DNA from: Chthoniobacteraceae bacterium
GTDB taxonomy: Bacteria; Verrucomicrobiota; Verrucomicrobiia; Chthoniobacterales; Chthoniobacteraceae
NCBI GenBank assembly: GCA_031409335.1
Contig: JANNWY010000118.1
Location: forward strand, 1-22,159
Reading direction: 5' to 3'
DNA: 22,159 nucleotides
Shown here: positions 17,952 through 22,159 of the stretch, piece by piece
Layout of the letters: each line of letters opens with the position of its first letter
Numbering within the stretch: the stretch's first letter is position 1
Program-made: the position numbers and the translations under genes
The notes under the pieces: generated by a model
The model's input: the letters and a program-made list of their open reading frames with translations, nothing else
Told to the model about the DNA's origin: nothing
The model's database searches: none

Positions 17952-20030
17952 TTACTGAGCGAGAATCAAATCAGCGCCCGGATCGGCGGACGATTCGGCC
18001 AGCGTGGGGCGCAGGCGGAAAAACTTTTGCAGCGCACCGGGGACGACCGGGAGCCAGGTCGCCGCTTCAAAGCCGCCTCCGAGCGGGACAGTTTGTTCGA
18101 GCGCACCGACGGCAGATGTCCATACGGCAAGATCGGGCGAAGTTTCAAGTTGAAAAGCGAGGCCCGGCGTCGCTCGCCGGCGCTGGATGAAAAGCGAACC
18201 GTCGGCGCGGAATTCGAGGGCGGCGGGGTCGGGGACGTTTGGCGCGCGGTCGAGGGCGAATTCGAGGAAGTTCGAGAGGCTGTCGTGATCGGGATCGGCA
18301 GCGGCGGCGGCATTGGCATTGGCGGGTGAGCCGAAGTGGTCGGTCTGCCAGGCGGCAAAGGCGCGCGGCGTGGCGGTGAGTCGCACGTTGTCGCAGTCGA
18401 GATATGCACTCGCAACGCCCATTACCCGGCGGATGCGAATGTCGAGCGCCTGATCGGACGCAATGGTGGAAGGACTGTCGTAGCGAAGACTCACGTCGGT
18501 GAAGCGGCCCGCTGCATTTCCATCCGCGAGAGCGTCGAGGGTGGCGCGGGTGCCGGTGGTCTCCGTGAGCACGGTGCCGCCGGCCATGAGCGCGATGGCG
18601 AAGTCGCCGAAGAGGTCGCCGTTCGTGCGGACGCCGAGCGCGACGCGCACTTCGTAGCGCGTGCCTGCGCGGAGCGTGGCCGGAAGCTGCTGCACGAGCG
18701 AAGCCCCCGCGCTTCCACCGTGGAGGAATGCCACCTGCCGGCCCGCCATTCCCGGCAGCACACCGCCATTCGGGCCGCCGTCGCTGGCGGATGCGTAGGA
18801 AGCCGGAGCGGGATTGAAAACGCCCGCGCTCGCATCGGTGAGGGCATCGCCTGCGGCATTGAAGGCGTTAAATCCCGCGATCTGTCCGATCTGCGCCACA
18901 CCGTCGGCGAGCGCGACGCCCGCTTCGAGGTCGCCATTTTTCACCGATGGTTGCGCGGTGCCGAGGACGAGATCGGCCCATCGGTCGCCGTGCTCCGCGA
19001 GGCCCGCGGTGTTGAAATGAACGGTGTCGCTGAGTTTTCCCTCAAGATGAAAATCATCCGTGCGCGCCCCCCGAAAGACATTAGCGGTGTTGAAGCAAAC
19101 AGCGCGCTGGCCCGCGTTCACGCCTTCCTGGCCGGGATAATGGGCAGCACTGATGTAGGCCGCCTGCGCCACTCCCCACGGCACCGCCCAGCCGGCGTCG
19201 GCGCGGCTTTGCGCGATGATCGTTTGCAGTTGCGAAGCGTAAAGCGCGGCGGCGGTTTGGTGCAGCGCATCCGTCTCGCCCTGATGCCACAGCACGGCGC
19301 GAAAACCACCCGCCGGAAAACGCTGCACGGCACTGCGCAGCGCGGGATAAAATTGATTCGCGGAAGGAAGAAATTGCGCGACTCCCGCGCCGCCGTAACC
19401 CGTGCAGACGATGCCCACCGGCACGTTCCACGCGGCGACGAGCCGGCTGCCAAAACGCGGCCACGGCGAACCGCCGGAGCCCGCGAAGCCGGAGTTGTCG
19501 GGCTGAGGATCGCTGGCCGGCGACCACGCATTGGCGGCGAGCGCGAGGGTGGAAACGCGATCATCCTCCACGACCTGCGGAGGTGCGCCGAAGCACACGG
19601 AGTTCGACTGACCGGCAGTGATGAAGACTTCTCCGACGCCGACGCGATCGACGCTCGTGATCGCACCGACCGGCGCGTCCGCGGCATCGAGCGCCCGCAC
19701 TTCGATGCGATACCAGCCGCCCGCGGGCACATCGCGCAGCGTCCCGGTGAAAGCTCCGGGCGCGGGATTTTCCGCGAGCAGCCGCCAGCCGGTTCCAGCG
19801 CCCGCGTTCCCCGCGCCGGTGCCGGGCACCGCGCGCGCTTCGATCCGCGCGATCGCACCGGCGCTGGTTCCGGCGATGGTAATCTCGGCGCGATTATCTG
19901 CGCGGCGCTGCACCACCTGCCGCGGGCGCGGTGCGGTGAGGGCACTCACGCCCGGCACGGCGCAGGCATCCGGCCCGGCAAGGCTGGCAGCGAGGAGAAT
20001 GGCCGAAATGACGGAGGGGAACCGGTTCAT
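17952..20030 (-). CDS. Exported SGNH-family sialate O-acetylesterase-like (SASA) protein with additional C-terminal domains, 692 aa
   Basis: Signal peptide. GVGEVFITAGQSNS (catalytic Ser), AVLWHQGETD, DTVHF (Asp-x-x-His). C-terminal FAAWQ...DPDHDSLSNFLEFAL...FFRL tail. Confidence 0.85.
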   Translation of the reverse strand: MNRFPSVISAILLAASLAGPDACAVPGVSALTAPRPRQVVQRRADNRAEITIAGTSAGAIARIEARAVPGTGAGNAGAGTGWRLLAENPAPGAFTGTLRDVPAGGWYRIEVRALDAADAPVGAITSVDRVGVGEVFITAGQSNSVCFGAPPQVVEDDRVSTLALAANAWSPASDPQPDNSGFAGSGGSPWPRFGSRLVAAWNVPVGIVCTGYGGAGVAQFLPSANQFYPALRSAVQRFPAGGFRAVLWHQGETDALHQTAAALYASQLQTIIAQSRADAGWAVPWGVAQAAYISAAHYPGQEGVNAGQRAVCFNTANVFRGARTDDFHLEGKLSDTVHFNTAGLAEHGDRWADLVLGTAQPSVKNGDLEAGVALADGVAQIGQIAGFNAFNAAGDALTDASAGVFNPAPASYASASDGGPNGGVLPGMAGRQVAFLHGGSAGASLVQQLPATLRAGTRYEVRVALGVRTNGDLFGDFAIALMAGGTVLTETTGTRATLDALADGNAAGRFTDVSLRYDSPSTIASDQALDIRIRRVMGVASAYLDCDNVRLTATPRAFAAWQTDHFGSPANANAAAAADPDHDSLSNFLEFALDRAPNVPDPAALEFRADGSLFIQRRRATPGLAFQLETSPDLAVWTSAVGALEQTVPLGGGFEAATWLPVVPGALQKFFRLRPTLAESSADPGADLILAQ

Positions 20031-20069
20031 GCTGGGAGATCGCAGCTCGTCACTCCTGCCGGAATGCGG

Positions 20070-21404
20070 TCACGCGAGCGTCCAGCCTTTGCGATACTCG
20101 CGACCGAGAAATCGCTCCGCATCCGGCGCATTCGGGATGCGCATTGTCTTCGCGTCCCATTCGATCGTTTTCCCCGCGCGATACGCCACGTTGCCGAGGT
20201 GATTCGCCTCCGTCAGCGGCCCCGCATACGCGAAATTGCACGTCGTCGGCGCGCCCGTCTTGCAGGCGTGCAGCCACTCCTTGTGATGCCCGAGCGAGTC
20301 GGGAATCGTCTGCGGTGGACGCACGAAATCCGCGAATTGTTTTTCCGGTAGCAGCGCGTGTTTGTCGTAGCTGGACAGCAGCATCCCTTTTTCGCCGATG
20401 AAAAGAACGCCGCTGTCCCACTGCGGGATTTCCTTAGCCGTCCACTGCGGCGGCTTCATCGTGCCTTGGTACCACGTCAGTTTCACCGCAGGCATCTCGC
20501 CGCGCGGCTCGTATTGATACGTCGCGCTCATCGACGCAGGGGCGATCTCCGCGTGTGGCGGCGGCCCGCCCGCCTCGATCGTGAGCGGCGCATCAAGCTT
20601 CAGCGCCCAGAAAGGAAGATCGTTCCAATGCGAGCCGAGATCGCTCATCGTGCCATTGCCAAAATCCCACCAGCGATACCATTTCGGCCCCGGAAAATAG
20701 ACGCTGTGGTAAGGCCGCATCGGCGCAGGCCCGACCCACAAATCCCAATCCAACTCCGGCGGCACCGGCTCCTCCGCAGCCGGCCGATCCAGCACCGAAA
20801 CGATGTCCCCATGCCCCTTCGCCTCTTCCGGCGACTGCCAGCCCCAAGCGCGCCCGACCCACACATGGCACTCGCGCACCGGCCCGATCGCGCCGCCCTG
20901 CACCAGCTCCACCACGCGCCGGTAATTCGCCGTCGCATGAATCTGCGTCCCCATCTGCGTCGCCACGCCCGCCGCCTTCACCGCCTCCGTGATGATCCTC
21001 GCCTCCCGCACATCGCGCGTCAGCGGCTTCTCGCAATACACATGCTTCTTCCGCCGCAGCGCCGGCAGCGTCGCAAACGCGTGCGTGTGCTCCGTCGTGG
21101 AAACCACCACGCCATCGAACTCCGAATCCTTCAGTGCATCATACATCGCGCGGAAATCGCGAAACGTCTTCGCCCCCGGCGCCCTCTTCGCCGCCGCGCG
21201 CAGATTGTTCGCATTCACATCGCAAAGCGCCACGATTTCCTCGCCCATCACCTCCCCCATATTCCCCGCCCCGCGCCCGCCGCACCCGATGATCGCCAGC
21301 CGCAATTTATTGCCCGCGTTTTGACTCCGCAGGATCGAGGGAAAACCGAGCGCGCTGGCAGCGGCGGTGGTTTGGAGGAAACGACGACGTGAAAGGTGGT
21401 CCAT
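20070..21404 (-). CDS. Gfo/Idh/MocA family oxidoreductase with a Tat signal, 444 aa
   Basis: SRRRFLQ twin-arginine motif, IIGCGGRG Rossmann loop, [35 protein letters not shown]. Confidence 0.93.
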   Translation of the reverse strand: MDHLSRRRFLQTTAAASALGFPSILRSQNAGNKLRLAIIGCGGRGAGNMGEVMGEEIVALCDVNANNLRAAAKRAPGAKTFRDFRAMYDALKDSEFDGVVVSTTEHTHAFATLPALRRKKHVYCEKPLTRDVREARIITEAVKAAGVATQMGTQIHATANYRRVVELVQGGAIGPVRECHVWVGRAWGWQSPEEAKGHGDIVSVLDRPAAEEPVPPELDWDLWVGPAPMRPYHSVYFPGPKWYRWWDFGNGTMSDLGSHWNDLPFWALKLDAPLTIEAGGPPPHAEIAPASMSATYQYEPRGEMPAVKLTWYQGTMKPPQWTAKEIPQWDSGVLFIGEKGMLLSSYDKHALLPEKQFADFVRPPQTIPDSLGHHKEWLHACKTGAPTTCNFAYAGPLTEANHLGNVAYRAGKTIEWDAKTMRIPNAPDAERFLGREYRKGWTLA

Positions 21405-21429
21405 GTGCGGGTGGAGTTGAACTGCCGAG

Positions 21430-21809
21430 TCAATCGACGGCGTCCGCCTTTCTTAAACGAATTGTCCCGCCCCGCGCGGTGGCAAAAAAACGCGTTTTCC
21501 TTTTGCAGCGCGAGACGAGCGAGAGCGCGCCGAGCAGCAGGAGCGCGGCGGCGCCAGGCTCGGGGACGGCGGCGACGGTGATCGTGCCGTCGGTGATGAA
21601 GTTCGACGAATCCCACACGAGGCCGGGATCGAGCCCGGGCAGGACGAGCTCGGTGGCAACATTGAAGCCGGCGGCGTTGATCGAGGCGAATCGAAGGTGT
21701 CGGCGAGGACGGGATTGAAGCCGCCAAAGTAGCAGACGTTGAAGATGCCGTCGAGGACGATGGCGCCGATGCCGTTGAGTTCGTCGTATTGCCCGGCACC
21801 GATGCCGCC
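21430..21809 (-). pseudogene. 3' exon of a PEP-CTERM surface protein gene, interrupted by a group II intron and frameshifted near 21690
   Basis: One frame reads GGIGAGQYDELNGIGAIVLDGIFNVCYFGGFNPVLADTFD. A second frame continues FASINAAGFNVATELVLPGLDPGLVWDSSNFITDGTITVAA-VPEP-GAAALLLLGALSLVSRCKRK, with VPEP at 21556-21567. Confidence 0.8.
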
Positions 21810-21917
21810 ATTAGAGTAGGCGAGAGGCCGTTGCGGGGGCAAGCATTTCGCTGGCGCTGCCGCTTGGGCTTCCGACCCCTCATCAAACCGTGCAGGCGGC
21901 TTTCCCGCACACGGCTT
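21810..21917 (-). ncRNA. Group II intron ribozyme domains V and VI
   Basis: DV: AAGCCGUGU-GCGG-GAAAG-CCGC-CU-GCACGGUUU with the AGC triad. DVI basal stem GAGGGG/CCU(A)CUC. Branch A 8 nt from the end and an RAY terminus, both IIB-like. Confidence 0.9.
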
Positions 21918-21950
21918 TCCGAGTTCCATTCGTCGCTTTGCCTTGGGCTT

Positions 21951-22159
21951 TCATGCAGCGGTCCACGCCGCCCGGCGCGTCGGGGTCCAGAGTCCGTAGT
22001 GGGTTTCGAGTTGCTCGTTGGGGTAGTGTTTGTGGAGGCCGCCGCGGCTGCCGTGCTTGCGCCACAGCCAGCGGCGCAGCCGGTTGCAGGTCCAGTAGCG
22101 CTGCCGGCTCATCACCCCGGCGCTGTTGCCATAATGGAAGTAACCGCTCCAGCCCCGCA
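21951..22159 (-). CDS. ltrA: Group II intron reverse transcriptase/maturase, C-terminal fragment (5'-partial)
   Basis: My translation of 22157-21951: RGWSGYFHYGNSAGVMSRQRYWTCNRLRRWLWRKHGSRGGLHKHYPNEQLETHYGLWTPTRRAAWTAA*. RGWxxYF is the maturase domain X motif. No HNH endonuclease follows. Not in the ORF track. Confidence 0.88.
   Translation of the reverse strand, partial: RGWSGYFHYGNSAGVMSRQRYWTCNRLRRWLWRKHGSRGGLHKHYPNEQLETHYGLWTPTRRAAWTAA

Larger units (their letters stand above)
21810..22159 (-). mobile_element. Group II intron, 3' portion (continues beyond the window)
   Basis: Maturase ORF end, then domain V (21885-21917), domain VI with a bulged A at 21817, and terminal ...CCUACUCUAAU at 21810. 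Confidence 0.92.

Noticed and set aside
18336..20351. 671-aa plus-strand ORF, and other long Arg/Ala-rich alternative-frame ORFs across the window
   Set aside because: Shadow ORFs opposite well-supported genes, with no recognisable motifs.
21248..21929. Track ORFs 21453..21929 and 21248..21910 as real genes
   Set aside because: They begin inside intron domains V/VI. Only 21809-21690 is genuine coding sequence (host exon).
21951..22159. RT fragment as part of a retron or diversity-generating retroelement
   Set aside because: The maturase domain X motif followed by DV and DVI identifies a group II intron. No template/variable repeat pair was seen.

Overview
GC-rich bacterial chromosomal DNA, most consistent with Verrucomicrobiota (Chthoniobacter-like). 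That assignment is inferred from the PEP-CTERM tail, delta-60 repeat protein, other C-terminal tails, PAS-AraC regulator and Tat-exported Gfo/Idh/MocA protein. About 18 intact CDSs: GT9 plus ArnT/GT39-like glycosyltransferases, a 1250-aa delta-60/FN3 surface protein, fdhD, a VOC protein, a GH57 branching enzyme heading a 4-gene cluster (with an FlgD-Ig exported protein, an RNase H-like exonuclease and an exported hypothetical), yaeQ, a 34-aa basic peptide, HupE/UreJ, small exported proteins, a YjbH-like outer-membrane protein, PAS-AraC, an SGNH esterase and an oxidoreductase. The ORF track misses the right end: the 3' part of a group II intron (end of an endonuclease-less RT/maturase ORF, domains V and VI, 3' splice site at 21810) inserted in sense orientation in a PEP-CTERM gene whose 3' exon is frameshifted. 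Non-coding structure includes a 39-bp-stem hairpin of inverted GAACATC heptamer arrays that lies in frame over a gene start, a GTAG-type REP doublet, and several GTTC...GAAC palindromes near starts. I see no clearly complete novel multi-gene system; the best leads are the intron/PEP-CTERM locus, the heptamer hairpin and the uncharacterised C-terminal domains.
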